Shown: positions 26,288 through 39,248, counted from the whole stretch's first letter. The stretch is DNA of 63,142 nucleotides, filler included, from Craspedostauros australis (GCA_030167865.1; 17 parts of 17 records of this genome joined end to end with filler, not necessarily neighbours in it); one strand, 5' to 3'. Numbers and translations: made by a program. The notes: generated by a model from the sequence alone, not told the origin.

Positions 26288-27706
26288 TCATGGTTTGCCA
26301 TTCAACAGCCAACCAAATTGCGTGCCCTCAAACCTCGTCAGATCCTCTACAACCACATCTGCGGTATCTTCAAACACCCGCAACTCATCCGCGGTGAATC
26401 GAGTATCCGGCACCGCAAGCACGGCACATCCCGCCGATTTGCCGGAGCGAACGCCCGACAAGGCGTCCTCCAGAACCAAGCATTTCGATGGATCCACGTT
26501 CAATCGCTTCGCGGCCTCCAGGTATATATCCGGTGCTGGTTTGCCATTCTTGACGGCTGGGTCATCTCCCGTCACGATGACTTGCATGTGTTGAAAGATC
26601 GTCGTCTCGTGACTGCAATGATCCGTTCACAATGTCACAAAGTGAGCGATGGATTGTGCTATCGAATTGCTTTCGGACATCTCACATGCTGCTGTCAGAT
26701 CTTCGCATCACACACACACGCATGCACGCATGAACTGTTCTGTCACCCCCATATATTCAAGGAACGCAATATACCACACGATTGAACGCACCGTTTTCGT
26801 TTCTTCATGACACCCGAATGACGCGACGATGTCGCAATGGCCATGGGGATTCCTGTTTTGGCCAAAGCTGCCACAAGTTCTACCGCGCCCTTGCACGCAT
26901 CGATTTCTTCGCACATGTTGTTGAGGTGATGTTCCCATGCGGCAATGAACTCGGGTCTGTTGCCACATGTGTGGGTGTGCAAATATGGAACAGATCGAGA
27001 AGAGGCGTGAGCGTGTTTGTGATGTCGCATCCGAGCAATGGGATTATTGAGGCAACGCAAAGCGTGTCGTAGAAGATCATGGGGCATGACATGCCAAGGC
27101 CGATGCCAACGCAGATAGATGAGTGAGTGCAGATCTTCATCAACAGCACCGATGGCTTTTACGTCGTGCTCTCTCATTCTCCAACCCTGCTGACATGCTC
27201 TCAATAGCAGGAATAAAAGAACAGATGGAAGGCAATGCCACCATGCCATCACATGATCTCCCCACAGCAGTTGTGCCATATGGTCGTCACGCATCAAGGA
27301 CTCACACTTCTGGCGGTGCTGGAAGATCCGAGTTAGTTGCGGATTGCACACCCCAATGTTTCTTCGCATATTCCAGCATGATCGGTGCCCATTCCGTGCC
27401 TCTCAGTCCCAGCAGTTGCTTCTTGAGCTCCCACGGTATCCGGAAGTTCGACATTGGTGCTCGCGCGAGAATATCCTTCGGCAGCGCATCTCCAAATGCC
27501 AGCAGCAACGCCTTGTCGCTGAGCGCTTCCGTATCCAACAGCGTCCCGTCCATGTCGAACAGGATGGCCTCGATGGATTGCTCGGATGCTGAGACCGCCA
27601 TGGTGTCACTGCTGCTGTTTATGCGGGCGATACCTCGGTCGTTGCCTTCCTTGTGCAAGCTGAACAGAACGAAAACCACTCGTGTGACGGCACCAACCAG
27701 GATCAT
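26288..27706 (-). CDS. HAD-superfamily phosphatase (HDHD1/pseudouridine-5'-phosphatase-like), multi-exon
   Basis: Motif I ILFDMDGTLLDTE, motif II AIATSS and GKPAPDIY...LVLEDALSG are spread over three ORF pieces. The start may be 27706 or 27601, and exon borders are approximate. Confidence 0.88.
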
Positions 27707-30092
27707 TCCCGTGCGTTTGGGCGAGTGGCAAAGCAGAAATGAGATGATCAGCTGAATGGAGTGTTGCGCCTGAGCCGTTGCAATGCCATTGGAGCATTGG
27801 TGTGGCGCTCTCTGTGGTGCAAGGCGACACATGAAATCAAAGATTGGTGATGACGAACACCGCTGTGTGTCGGAAGTTGTTGGTTTGAGTCATGTTTACA
27901 TCCGACTCACAGGAAAAAGATTCGGCATCACATTTGTGGAATGAATCGATGGAGATAAAGTCTAAACGGATAGAGATAGACACAATGGATACGAGCGAGA
28001 AAGAGGGTGGACAAGCCAAGACGTGTGGGGAGCGCACTCCTTGAGATCCCAGCTTTCTCTCTCTCTATCCGTAGACAGGCAGAGAGAGAGAGAGACAAGA
28101 GAAAGTACACCTGTGTTTGTGGCAGCCATTCGACCTCAACCAACATGGAGTTTACCATGAGAGCATGACCAGGATACGGTGTGATCAGCAGACCGATGGT
28201 TAGCACACGAGAGTGACAGAGTGGAGACGGAGTCGTCGACATCTGGGAGGATAACATTCCTCTACTCCTCCACACCAAGCCATCTGACGTGGAATCCTCC
28301 ACAACTCCGGTACTCACGCATCCAAGAACAACCTGTTGCAGGCAGCAGGTTTGTTCCCAACCTGACTTCTGTTCTCGCAGATGTTGTCACGCTCTTGCCT
28401 TGTTGATGTCCTCGTTTTGGACTTCGTCATTCTGCGTTGTTGTTGGCGAACCCACGACTTGACCGATGTTCCACGTCAACACGTGACTCGTTTGATCAAC
28501 GGTTGCTTCGCCGTGCGACGGTCTAAGATGATAAAGATAGAAGTGGGAGAAGCATGATGATGAAATTGGACAACAGCTCTCTGCGAATCGAAGAAGCGCA
28601 ACCCTCTGATGCGAGAATGCACAAAGTCGGTACTAGTCGTAGTGTCGAGGGTGTTTCTTCTTTGCATTCGCAAGTGTGAGTTCCTTTCCTCTTGGGCTGA
28701 TCCTTTCGCTTTCGCTTCATCTCCGTGCGACTCGAACACTGAAACTGCACGAACCGAAGCCGTGGATGAAGAGGAAAACGAGCGCAGTTTCGAGCATTGG
28801 TTGGACCTGCACGGGCACTGGTCGCATTCTGGTTTCCAAGCAGCGACGTCCGTTGCAGAACGATGCACACAAGTGCTTCCACCAATGCTCTAACGCACTG
28901 TGCGGATGTTAGAGGCATGGGCGATCGCGTGGTGCTGGTTTCTCCTCTGGTCGCGATCAGAAGTGTGAAAGTCCGCACTCTTCCGAAAGGAACTCACACA
29001 ATAGACAAACTTCGAACTATCCGACGGATGTTTCTCTTCTCGGATGCGATGGCACCGCGGTCTTTCTTTCCCTTCGCTCTCTTTTTGGGTCTGATGGGCG
29101 GAATCTTGGATGGCGTCGGCTGAAGGTTTGGGTTTGGCCTCTCCTTTGGTGTTGGCGTCCTTGGTCGTGTTGATAGCTCGTATCCCCTTGAACCATGTTA
29201 CGAGCCATCATGGCTACCATTAGACCAGTGTAGAAGCATGGTAGCTGCAGGTTGGAGCGCCTTTCTTGCGTGGTGATGTGGTCGATGATGAGGTCGATGA
29301 TGGGGTTGGTGATGAGGTTGATGACGGGAAGAGAAGACCTCGTTGGCGTGATTCGTGGATGAGAAGCGGAAAGAGGACTCAAAATGGATCCGTTTGCCGA
29401 ACAGTTTGTCGTTCAACATGGATGCGTCACACTTCGGGAAGATTGGCGGGAATACCATCTGATTCGCCAGACTAATTGTTCGGCGCAGAGTTTATCGAGA
29501 CCTCGCAGCGTTTCTATTGGCCAACCAATCACGGGGGAATCTGCGTTGTGCAACCACCCATCAAAACGAACGGCAGATCTGGCGTGTGACGCGGTGCACG
29601 GAATCAAAGGGTTGGAAGAACTTCCACCCAAACAAAAAAACGCCTTCTGCGAGAGGAAGCAGACGAGCAAGAGAACAGAACTTGCGCTCACCACATTTCT
29701 CTTCATGAACGCATGCGAGAACGCAGTGGTTGGTTGAGGGAGACCATTCGGCTTCCACACACACAAAGAAGAGCGTGAAGGAGAGAACACGTAAAATGGA
29801 ACCCTGTCACAAAGACTGCCATCCCAACCGCACAAATCACCGAAACTACAGAAACAGACGCGTCACAAAACCGAGCCCGACAAACACAAACTGATCCGAT
29901 GACACCAACATCATCATCACAATTGCCATCGCTACCGCCATCACCGTCGCCATCGCCATCGCCATCAAACTCCCAGAGACATCAGTGACAGCAGTGACAA
30001 CAGCAATCAACGCTACGAATCCGACCCCACGTTTCATAGCTCGTAATCGCACGACCCTTCATCATCACCGTCACATCATCGCCATCGCCATC

Positions 30093-31325
30093 ATGTTAGT
30101 CCAGACGCACAGCAGCGGAACTGCGGCATCCAACGCAGCCGTAACATCAACAACAACATTATCACATTCGCACACGCAAATACGCTCACAACACGAACCC
30201 ACCATGCAGAGCTGTTCAGCGGATTCCGTCATGAACAGCGCCGTGGCTGGGTACGTTGCCGGCGTGACCGGTGTGGTGCTTGGCCATCCCCTCGATTCGG
30301 CCAAGGTTTGGCTGCAAACCAACTCGCAAGGCAAGAACAAGCATCTCCAAGCAGCGACAACTTGTGGCACAAAAATGACCCAAGCCCACTCCATGGCCAC
30401 AACCGCCAGCGCTCACCACAGCCCCACATCGAACCTGACGAATTGGCCGTTACGCTCCGCACCACGCAGCCAGGTCGCCAACATGAGCACGCTGGCACGG
30501 GGCCCGCAGCCCGCGCTGCCGCTGCCAACACCCACAACCTCCATCCACAACTCGCTGCGGACGATCCGCGCGCTCTACTCCGGCATCGGAGGGCCCCTCA
30601 TCACCGTGGGCATCGTGCAGAGCATCAACTTCATCTCCTACGACTCCACCAGGAGGATACTGCATCGTCTCGACAATCCCAACGCAGCGCAGACAGACTA
30701 CCTCCACAACGACTCGATCAAGAACGTGGCCACAGCTGGATTCGTTACGGGCGGCGCATTGGCATTCGTCACGGCGCCGCTGGTCAAGATCAAGACGAAG
30801 CAGCAGATCACCGGCAACAGCTTCCGCGAGGTGCTGCGCGAGGCTCTGCGTCCCGCCGGTCCACGCACGACATCCAGGATATCGTACTTCTTCTCCGGCT
30901 TCGCTCCTCACTTCGTCTCCGAATCCTTCGGACGAGCAGCCTACTACGCCACCTACGAGCAACTCAAACGATCGTGGGTCCAGCACAAGCGTCAGCAACA
31001 CTACGGCACCAGCACAGCCGGCGACTGCGACACCACAACCCTGCGAATCCAGGAACGCATGCTGTGCGCCGCGGTGTCCGGCATCACTTGCTGGGCGATG
31101 ATCTTTCCATTCGACTCCATCCGCAGCCGCATGATGAACCAGAGCAACATCTCCTCGGAGCAGCGCACGACCTTGCAGATGGTGCGCAGCGTGTACAACG
31201 AGAACGGACGCTCCATTCGAATATTCTATCGCGGATTCGGGCTGACGGTGTTGCGCGCCGGCCCTGTGGCGGCCACCGTCCTGCCGATCTACGACTACGT
31301 TCTCGAGACCTTGCAGTCACGATGA
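30093..31325 (+). CDS. Mitochondrial carrier (SLC25) family protein
   Basis: Three carrier repeats with PLDSAK, PLVKIK and PFDSIR signatures, plus the terminal FYRGFGLTVLRAGP. Start codon uncertain. Confidence 0.92.
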   Translation: MLVQTHSSGTAASNAAVTSTTTLSHSHTQIRSQHEPTMQSCSADSVMNSAVAGYVAGVTGVVLGHPLDSAKVWLQTNSQGKNKHLQAATTCGTKMTQAHSMATTASAHHSPTSNLTNWPLRSAPRSQVANMSTLARGPQPALPLPTPTTSIHNSLRTIRALYSGIGGPLITVGIVQSINFISYDSTRRILHRLDNPNAAQTDYLHNDSIKNVATAGFVTGGALAFVTAPLVKIKTKQQITGNSFREVLREALRPAGPRTTSRISYFFSGFAPHFVSESFGRAAYYATYEQLKRSWVQHKRQQHYGTSTAGDCDTTTLRIQERMLCAAVSGITCWAMIFPFDSIRSRMMNQSNISSEQRTTLQMVRSVYNENGRSIRIFYRGFGLTVLRAGPVAATVLPIYDYVLETLQSR

Positions 31326-31841
31326 AGGGTGTCCGTCCCAGTCCATGTCTCTTTTCGAGCTCCGATTTACGTTTAAATCACTTACATACTTTCAGCAATT
31401 TTGGTATTGGCCTTATCCATAACGGCGTGTGATGCTCTACCACTCCAAACAACAACGAGAGGATCTCGCTGAACCCTCTGTCGGGCAATGGTGTTCGAGT
31501 GTGGATCCTGCAGGTATGGACACTTAAATCGCTCATGTGCACAGTGTTACGATAAAACAAGAAGCGTGGCATGTCGAATATAGTAGAGCAGGAAAGTGTG
31601 GCGAAAGACTCGGCATGTACCTTTTACTTGATGGGTGGCGCACCCACGTAGAGAGTACAAGCATTGCTGCTGTTCCATGAGTTCGAACGAAGCAAACGAT
31701 TCTTTGTGATGAAGCGGTGGGTTTGCAATCACCATCCTGGTGATGCTTGGATGGTCTCTAGATCGTAGTCTAGCCATTTTCGTGTACCAGTATCCACGCC
31801 CACATCCCTATTCGAGGAGAGCGTGGGTCACAACTGCGAGT

Positions 31842-32455
31842 TCAGCAGCCGACTGCCTTGATGGTGAAGATATCAGTGGCGAACCGTCCCTCGGTGCCTT
31901 GTGCCCAGATGGACATAAACTGGACGTTTCGCAACACGCCTGGGTGTGCGCACTTGTCTTCGTCGGCAGAGCATGGGGTGGTGGTCTCACCGGTAGCAAC
32001 GTCCCAGCTGCTGCTGAACTCCCTGATTGGGATGGTGTATGTGTTTTTGCCAGATCCAGACGTGGGAATGGCGGCGCGCCACTCCATTAGCGTACTCTCA
32101 GACGGAGGGGTATTTCCGGAGCCGAGATAGTATCTATCGTGGCTGGTCATAGTCTCCAGAGTAACTTCGATGGCGGCACAGCCGCCAAAGGATGGGAAGG
32201 ACTTGGCGCCCGTGATCTTGACAAAGCCTGGTTCTCCATAGAACTTTTGGAACGCGATGGACCCGTGAAGATGGAAGCATAACTTGCCGTCAACAAGATG
32301 CCTCCGGAGTATCCAAATGGGAAGATTTTGTCAGTCTTCAAATCCGAGCCGCTACCGCTGCCGGTAAAGTCCTGCAAGAGGATATCGCCGGCGTTGGCGG
32401 TGGAGAGCATGCCCATGAGGGCGGCAGCGATGGTGGAGGAAACGGAGAGCTTCAT
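31842..32455 (-). CDS. Secreted CIA30-like domain protein split by an apparent frameshift
   Basis: Signal peptide MKLSVSSTIAAAL...ANA in one frame. EPGFVKI...FPSFGGC...IPIREFSSSWDVATG...SIWAQG...IKAVGC in another frame, switching at about 32290-32330. Confidence 0.6.
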
Positions 32456-33380
32456 GATGCTGCTGTTTGTTGGGTGTTGTCTGTTGCTTGACTATTGGCT
32501 GTTGGCGTTTGGCGTTGGGTGGGCGAATCAGTGCAGGTTTTCTTGTTTTTTATGAGAGTATTGGTATGAAGACATGCGCTTCAATTGATGTTTTGAAACA
32601 TGGGTGATGTGAGCGCACGACCCCTGCCACAGGCAATCGATCCAGGGAGGTTGGAATAGTTTGGGGTGCGATTGCACAACTATCGCATTATTAGGTATCC
32701 TCCTGAGAAACATCACATCCAACTCCAACAACCCCAACTGCATCATCGAAAGCGAACAAGACACGGAAAGATCCCAAGCGACGGACCTGGATGTGTTTTG
32801 GAGGTATCGGTGACCGTGCCAGCGCTCGCAAAGATCCGGTAGGTGCCGCCCTTGTCGAAAGAGCTCAAGTACGAGCCTCTCTAGACACGACCAATGGCGG
32901 ACATAAACCCCAAAGCCGACAATGGCAGAGGGACACAAATGGGAGCCGCGGATCTCAGGGGGTGTTTCCCATTTTTGCGACATTCATGGGAAGCTGTATG
33001 CCGTCTTTGCCTGGCAGAGCTCTCGAAAGAATATTCAAGATTTATTGCTCTGGAATCCGCTCGGAGGATGCGGATCTCGAGTGGATGCCAAGAGAAACTA
33101 CACATGAGACACTGGAGCAACGGGAAGAGGCGCAGAAACTGCAACAAGGAATTCGTGGAGGAATGCATTCCGCCCAGTACCGCAGGCCTCCACGACAAAG
33201 ACATCGATCCCCGAAGTCTGACTGAATGACTCTGAAAGACAGGCGCCCAACCAAGGGCGTTGAAAATCTCAACCCCAAGAGGAATCGGAGATGGTTGAGA
33301 AATCTGATGGATCTATGAGCCCGATCAGCGAGCCAACCAACTGTTTGAAATGGACATTCTAACTTTTTGTCTCCTACATC

Positions 33381-33908
33381 TAATAGAGCCCAAACGTAAT
33401 GGCTGTTGTCTTGTTGGCTGTTGTTAGCTGTAGGGCAGAGGCTTGATTGGCAAGCGGTCCAAACGTGAGTCTTCTGTTCCACAAGTAGTCAATTGAGAAT
33501 ACTGGTAGATGGTGAAGAAACGTGCAGATTATGAGAATAGTGCTATGATTCTTCCCTGCAGGGAGGGTCTCTTGTGGTGTCCTGAGTGACAGTGTGTATG
33601 GGTTGTGTAGCCCAAGTACTGTGGGTCGAGATCCCTTGGCTGAGTTCTGTGAGAGACAAGGGGCAATGATGTGTGTTGCTGAGGCACCGTATCCATGTGT
33701 CAGCGTTTTGCCAAGGATGGGTTTCAGTGACCTGGTTATCGGAACCCTTCTGGTTCCTTGACACGGGTTCCAAAGATCTGCTTCAATGTTCTGGATCGGT
33801 CCCCAAATGTGGGGGCCAGCGAGGTGGGTATTCAATCTACTGGACAGCTGACGGGTCAGATGGTTCATAGTCTCTCTCTCTAAGGTAGGTACTAGTTTAG
33901 CTCTATTA
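33381..33908 (+). mobile_element. 528-bp element with TAATAGAGC...GCTCTATTA ends and a 5-bp TSD (ACATC), copy B
   Basis: ACATC at 33376-33380 and again at 33909-33913. Terminal inverted repeat. Homologous to 20904-21431. Confidence 0.9.
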
Positions 33909-34234
33909 ACATCCAAACCAATCACATATTCATAATTCTTGTAGGTCTAATACGAATAATTAACCATTGAATTTTTGAGTTACATCCTATTTTTAGTTTT
34001 ATGGACTGATGGATGTGCACATTTTTCGATCTCTTTCACGTTTCAGCCTCTTGCTTCCGACTACATCGATCCAAATTAACCCTGTGCTGTTCTTTGTTTC
34101 AGCAAGTTTGTTCCCATTTTGAATTGTTTAGTCTGTTTTTCGTAGCAGCACAAATACGTATAGTGAAGAATTACGCTATTACCGTAGCCCCCACTATCTG
34201 TCAACTTCACTTGTGTTCGGTTCAGCAATTGCAA

Positions 34235-34303
34235 TGCCTGTAGCTCAATGGCAGAGCACCAGTAATTCTCACTGAGGTTCCGGGTTTGAATCCCAGCATG
34301 GTA
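34235..34303 (+). ncRNA. tRNA-like sequence (pseudo-tRNA or SINE head)
   Basis: A-box TAGCTCAATGG with D-stem GCTC/GAGC, CAGT/ACTG stem, B-box GGTTTGAATCC, followed by TTTTCTTTT. The acceptor stem has an indel and the anticodon loop lacks U33. Confidence 0.75.
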
Positions 34304-34348
34304 CTTTTCTTTTGCTCTCCCCTCATGATTTTTCGATAGTGCTCTTTC

Positions 34349-34575
34349 AATTACTACGAGAGAGAGAGAGACTCGTAGAGACAGAAACGCAAGAGAGCAT
34401 CTTGCGTCAACTCATAGTCGAGAGAGATCGAGTAATCAAGAGAGATTGAGCATACGATTGAATGAGAGCTATCCGCAGAGATACTCAACCACCCACGTAA
34501 TGAAATGGCAAACAGAAACAGCAATTACATCACCTTCTATCAGTCGGGAATTACCGTGCGCGGAATTCGCCAACA
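34349..34575 (-). repeat. LTR-like repeat family 1, partial copy
   Basis: The reverse complement begins TGTTGGCGAATTCCGCGCACGG and aligns with 39249-39480. Confidence 0.8.
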
Positions 34576-35436
34576 TGAGACGTGGTTCAGATTTGCTCAT
34601 GGGAATTTGGATCCTGGGTGCCAGGAAAGTCTCCCCCATACTACTACCGATGCTAGTTTAGCTCTATTAAAACACAATGAATGAGAATACTAGTTTGAGG
34701 TGATGCTAGAGTATGAACATGATAGTAGTACAAATGGAGTGGTCCAGTCACATCAAGACATCAACCAATCGAGCTCGGGCTCGGTGCTTCAGGCAAACTC
34801 CGCACACTCCACATTGTGATTCTCGTTCTCTGGCCCTCGCTCAGTCACATTCGTTGCTGCCTTGCCTTCCTTCTCTCTTGGCATGATTCTCTCAATTTCG
34901 GAATAAGTTGGGACGGAAGGATCCACTTCAAGAGTAGCTCGTGCGCATCCACGAGTCTTCACGCTTCGCCCTCTACTTCGCATTCCAATAGACACACACA
35001 AACACTCTATCGCACACACTCTATCGCAAAAATAGTTGGAGGTCAACAGCGAAAGGGTACATGTAGAAAAATTGTCATATTCTCTGGTATAGTCAAGTAA
35101 TTAGTGTTGTAATGTTGTTTATGTATGTGTTGTACCCTGTAAGGTGCTTGCTATGTTCTGGTCGAAGAATAGAGACCTTCCGAGGCAGGTGGTGGTGATG
35201 GAGATAGACGCGCAAGTGGCACCTCCATGTACCATCTGTACCATCCACTCGTATCGGTTATCAATCCATTCATCAATAGCGAGTGTGGAATGAGAATGAT
35301 TGGGGAGACCATCAAGCTCAAGCAGGGTGATCAAGTATCAGATCACGATCCTCTCGACGACTGAGAATTCGAGATGGTGTTTCATTTGAACCGTTGCTGG
35401 ACGTCTCTCCCTGCCCACGCCTTAACCGTGAACACC

Positions 35437-36663
35437 TCAAGAGCAGGCATCTGGGTTTGGCGTTGGGCAGTCCTCGATTGGCTTTTTGATGGTATAGGTA
35501 GCATAGGTAGAGTTGACGAATCCAGGACACATATCCGTGTTGACACAGTCTTGGCAGTGGTTCGCCAAACGGCAGGTATCTGGAGCAATGACAAGGTCAT
35601 CAACGGCAGCGTCACTGTTAGCGACACCATCGCAGCTACTTGCCGACGCACACGCACCGTCCCCAATAAAAACGCTTCCACGAATCTTGGAACCACCTCT
35701 GTGGGCATTCCTGCACGCATTTTGTCCTTGGCATGCGTTTTCTCCGATGATGATGTCAGCGATGACGGGCAAGGCGATCTGTCCCTGGTTTTGACGATGT
35801 CCAAGATCCATGCAGCTGTTCAACTCCCTGCATGCTCCACGCTGAACATGGATTGAACCACAGATGTTCTTTCCGAGATTCTGGCAGCTAAAAGGAGCGG
35901 TGCATGCATCTGGTCCAATAATCTTGTTACCGATGACAGCGCTGCTTTTTGGGTGAGATGGGACGAACCGTCCAAAGTTGCTGCAGGAGTTCTCCCCAAT
36001 GCAGCTATTGAAGATCATGGCTTTGGGAGCGACGTTGGTGCAAGAGCCAACTGATGTGCAGGAATCTGGAGTGATGGTAAATGTCCCACCGCCGAATGAG
36101 CAACCTCCGGATGGACAGCAACGGTATCCTCTGGCACTGCATGCTGTGGTGAGTGCGCCACCTCGTCCGGTCATGATGATCCTGTTGCCTTCGACAGCAT
36201 TCAAGATGGCGGCGATAGCGTTGCCATCATTCTTCACACGGTCAAAGAGTTTTTGGGAGTTGGCTGGCGTGCTTGCCTTGTTTTTCGCGTTGCATGCGAA
36301 GATGCTCTTGACGAGCCTGTCCTTATTGCCTGGGAGGTCCTCGATGTCCGCCAAAAAGCCAGCACATAGACCACCAGCCTCGTCGCAAAAAACTTCGGAC
36401 GCAGGGCTTCTCATGTTGAAGTCGCTGGTGACATCTCCCGGCGTTCGGAGGCAGCCGACGACCATGGAAGGTGGAACAGGAGTCTCAGTCGGCTCCTCAG
36501 TCGGCTCCTCTGATGGCATCAACGACGGCATCGACGTCGGCGTAGCCCCTTCCAACGATCTTCGCGGAGCGAACGCCGAATCTTCAGCTGGATCCAAAGC
36601 CAGCGTCATTGCCATGTTGGCAAAGACGAGAGCGCCGATAATAGATGCCTTGATCTTGAACAT
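35437..36663 (-). CDS. Secreted cysteine-rich repeat protein (cell-surface-like), 408 aa
   Basis: Signal peptide, a P/T/S/E linker (PSLMPSEEPTEEPTETP) and repeated (S/A)C....(S/A)C units. Confidence 0.85.
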   Translation of the reverse strand: MFKIKASIIGALVFANMAMTLALDPAEDSAFAPRRSLEGATPTSMPSLMPSEEPTEEPTETPVPPSMVVGCLRTPGDVTSDFNMRSPASEVFCDEAGGLCAGFLADIEDLPGNKDRLVKSIFACNAKNKASTPANSQKLFDRVKNDGNAIAAILNAVEGNRIIMTGRGGALTTACSARGYRCCPSGGCSFGGGTFTITPDSCTSVGSCTNVAPKAMIFNSCIGENSCSNFGRFVPSHPKSSAVIGNKIIGPDACTAPFSCQNLGKNICGSIHVQRGACRELNSCMDLGHRQNQGQIALPVIADIIIGENACQGQNACRNAHRGGSKIRGSVFIGDGACASASSCDGVANSDAAVDDLVIAPDTCRLANHCQDCVNTDMCPGFVNSTYATYTIKKPIEDCPTPNPDACS

Positions 36664-37351
36664 GGTTGCTATCGGTTGGTTGTTTTGTTGTTTTATTGTT
36701 TTGTTGTTTTGTCAGTGTGCCTCGTTATCTGCATGGAACGAAACAGTGCGTACGCAGATGCAGATGGGTCGCAGACGTGTTGTACCATGCGAAGAATAGG
36801 TGGAAACGAATCACATCATTGACCGCAACCAGATCAGATAGGAGTCAACATGCGATCCGTCCAGCGATTTGTTTGTTGAGAGAAGCGTCGTGATTTTGGA
36901 TGGACGAACAAGTGGACAATGTGATGAGTGTGTGATGAGCGAGTGATGAGCGGGTATCTGAGAATAAGGGAGAACGAGAACGAAGTCTGCTGTTGCCGAA
37001 CGTGGTGGTAAAGTGGAGTGGCATTGCATTGCATTGCATGAACACATTCTGACATCGGTGGACCACCATGAGAACAGCTCGCAGGTAGAGCAGAGGACGA
37101 TTCCGAGAGTGTGTAGGTGGTTGGCAAGCTGGATCCGGAAACGACTCTTCACGCCAGTCACAATGCCGCGTTGGCATCTGCTGCCTTGTGCCATGGTGTT
37201 GACAATGGCCGCTGCCATGATGAACACAAATGAACGTACCGTTGACTTCGTTCTGTTTCGGTTTTCGATCAGTTGGTGGTGTGCTTCGAGATGGCTGTGG
37301 TTGTGTTTTGCTTGCACTTAGGCGTTGTGCGACTACTACTATATAGTTATC

Positions 37352-37391
<40 letters not shown>

Positions 37392-39248
37392 TGAGATTGT
37401 TGCTTTTATGAGATACGAAAAGGGATCCAAGATCATTCGAAGTGAGTATGGGTACTTTCATGCGGAGAAGTATGGTATGGTGCATAGGAAGAGGACGATG
37501 GCTCTGCACAACACGTCCTTGATAGGTGACATGCCTCCCGTCCATGTTGGTTGTTGAGAGGTAGCAATCTTCGTTGGTCCTTGAGGGTTCTACAAGGTGG
37601 AAGTGTGTTCAATTATTTGGCGCACAACAGCCAAGAAGGCGACCACATGTTGTCAATAATTCCGATTGTTTCTTCCCGATGAGAAACACGGAAAAATGCA
37701 TGCGATCTTCGGGGCGACCCGACATAACACGTTTTTGGCGTTCCACTCCATACACAGTTCGACCATCGGTGCTGCACATAGCACGCAAGGGAGGAGCGGA
37801 GACTTATGCGGCTTGATACCACCACAGAGTCCGAAGTATAATAGAACGAAAAGGATCTCTCCCACGAAACACTTCTGCAAATCGTGGTGTATCACACTCA
37901 TTCTCGTAGTCAAGGTATACAACCACGAATGGTGGACCATGACAGCTTTCACTCTCATTCGCAATGCCTTTGTTCACAGTCGTATCTCACGAGCAAGAAC
38001 AAGAACAAGAACGATACGAGAGGCAAAGAGTGGAAGGCGATGTCAGGTGTTTCTTTGTGAAAGGAGTACGACTGTTCCCTCAAAGTGGGATCCTTGTCTC
38101 ATACTCGTGTAATAGACACTCTGAGACTGCTCGTTCTTCTTGATTCGATTGGGGTGATTATTCATCGTGCCCACTTCACGAATGACGACGAAGAAACACA
38201 GCCAATCATCGTCACCACACACTCGCATACACGTGCGAATACCCGAGGCGTGTTCGTACTTGAAGCATCGTGACAACAAACCACTGGTTACTTCGGTCTC
38301 AGACATTTCTTGGCAAGACAGGGGGAAGTGTGTCTCTGCTCTCGCAGGCGAAATGATAGAACATATAATACCTACTGTGTATCATTCCTCAATGCACATG
38401 GCTCCCCTTTGGCTGCCTTCTCTGTTTGGATGTGACCAGTGAAAATAGTTGGATCCATCTGGGGAGAAGAATCTGTAGAGAATGATCCACGAGGATTCTT
38501 TGCTGAATGATCGCATGGTGCATTGTATGTACACAGTCCAGATTCGTCATGATGTGTACTAACGCATCGAACGCTCCAACTACACTCGTCATTGGTACCA
38601 TGCGAATGAGTCGTGTGGTATTCGTGTACCACAGGACGAATACCGATACAGTCACGAGACTCTTCGTGTGTGATGAATCATAATATTTTTATGTTCACAG
38701 TTGCCGCAACTCCCAAGCGTGGGATCGCTTTCTCATGTCGCAGACTGGTTCGAAATTCAGATATCTTGATTCCTCAATTCCACATCATCTCATTGACACC
38801 TTGCAATTCAGATATATTGGTTCATCCAATAGATCTGAATAAGAAGTCCTCAATTGCACAGCTTCAGAATTATGGCAGTACTGGTCACCGTGGACCGGAA
38901 CATGCCATCTGATCTTGCTTTCACCTCTGCACTTGAAACATGCATTCCTGACACATGTGGATCCACACACAGTGCAGGACATCAATCACAACACCATTGT
39001 TGTGGGCAACTTGTGCAATCTCATTCCTTCCATCATCATCTTGAATTGCACTTGTCATACTCACAATTCTGACTTCAACAGATCAGAATTGGGCCAGCTT
39101 TCGATAACATAATCACATCTACTTTGAGCACACACACAATACACAACATTCTACATACTTCATTGTCAGATCTGATCAGTCTCTATTTGAAGTAAGTACC
39201 CTGTATTGTATTCTGTTCTATCAATATTTTCCTATTCGCAGTGTCGTG

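Noticed and set aside
37350..37392. Poly-Cys ORF from a (TGC/TGT)n tract, and other (CT)n and (CATCA)n runs
   Set aside because: Ordinary microsatellites.
38040..39112. Degenerate reading frames in TG/CA-rich sequence
   Set aside because: Probably an old decayed repeat, but there are multiple stops and no identifiable domain.
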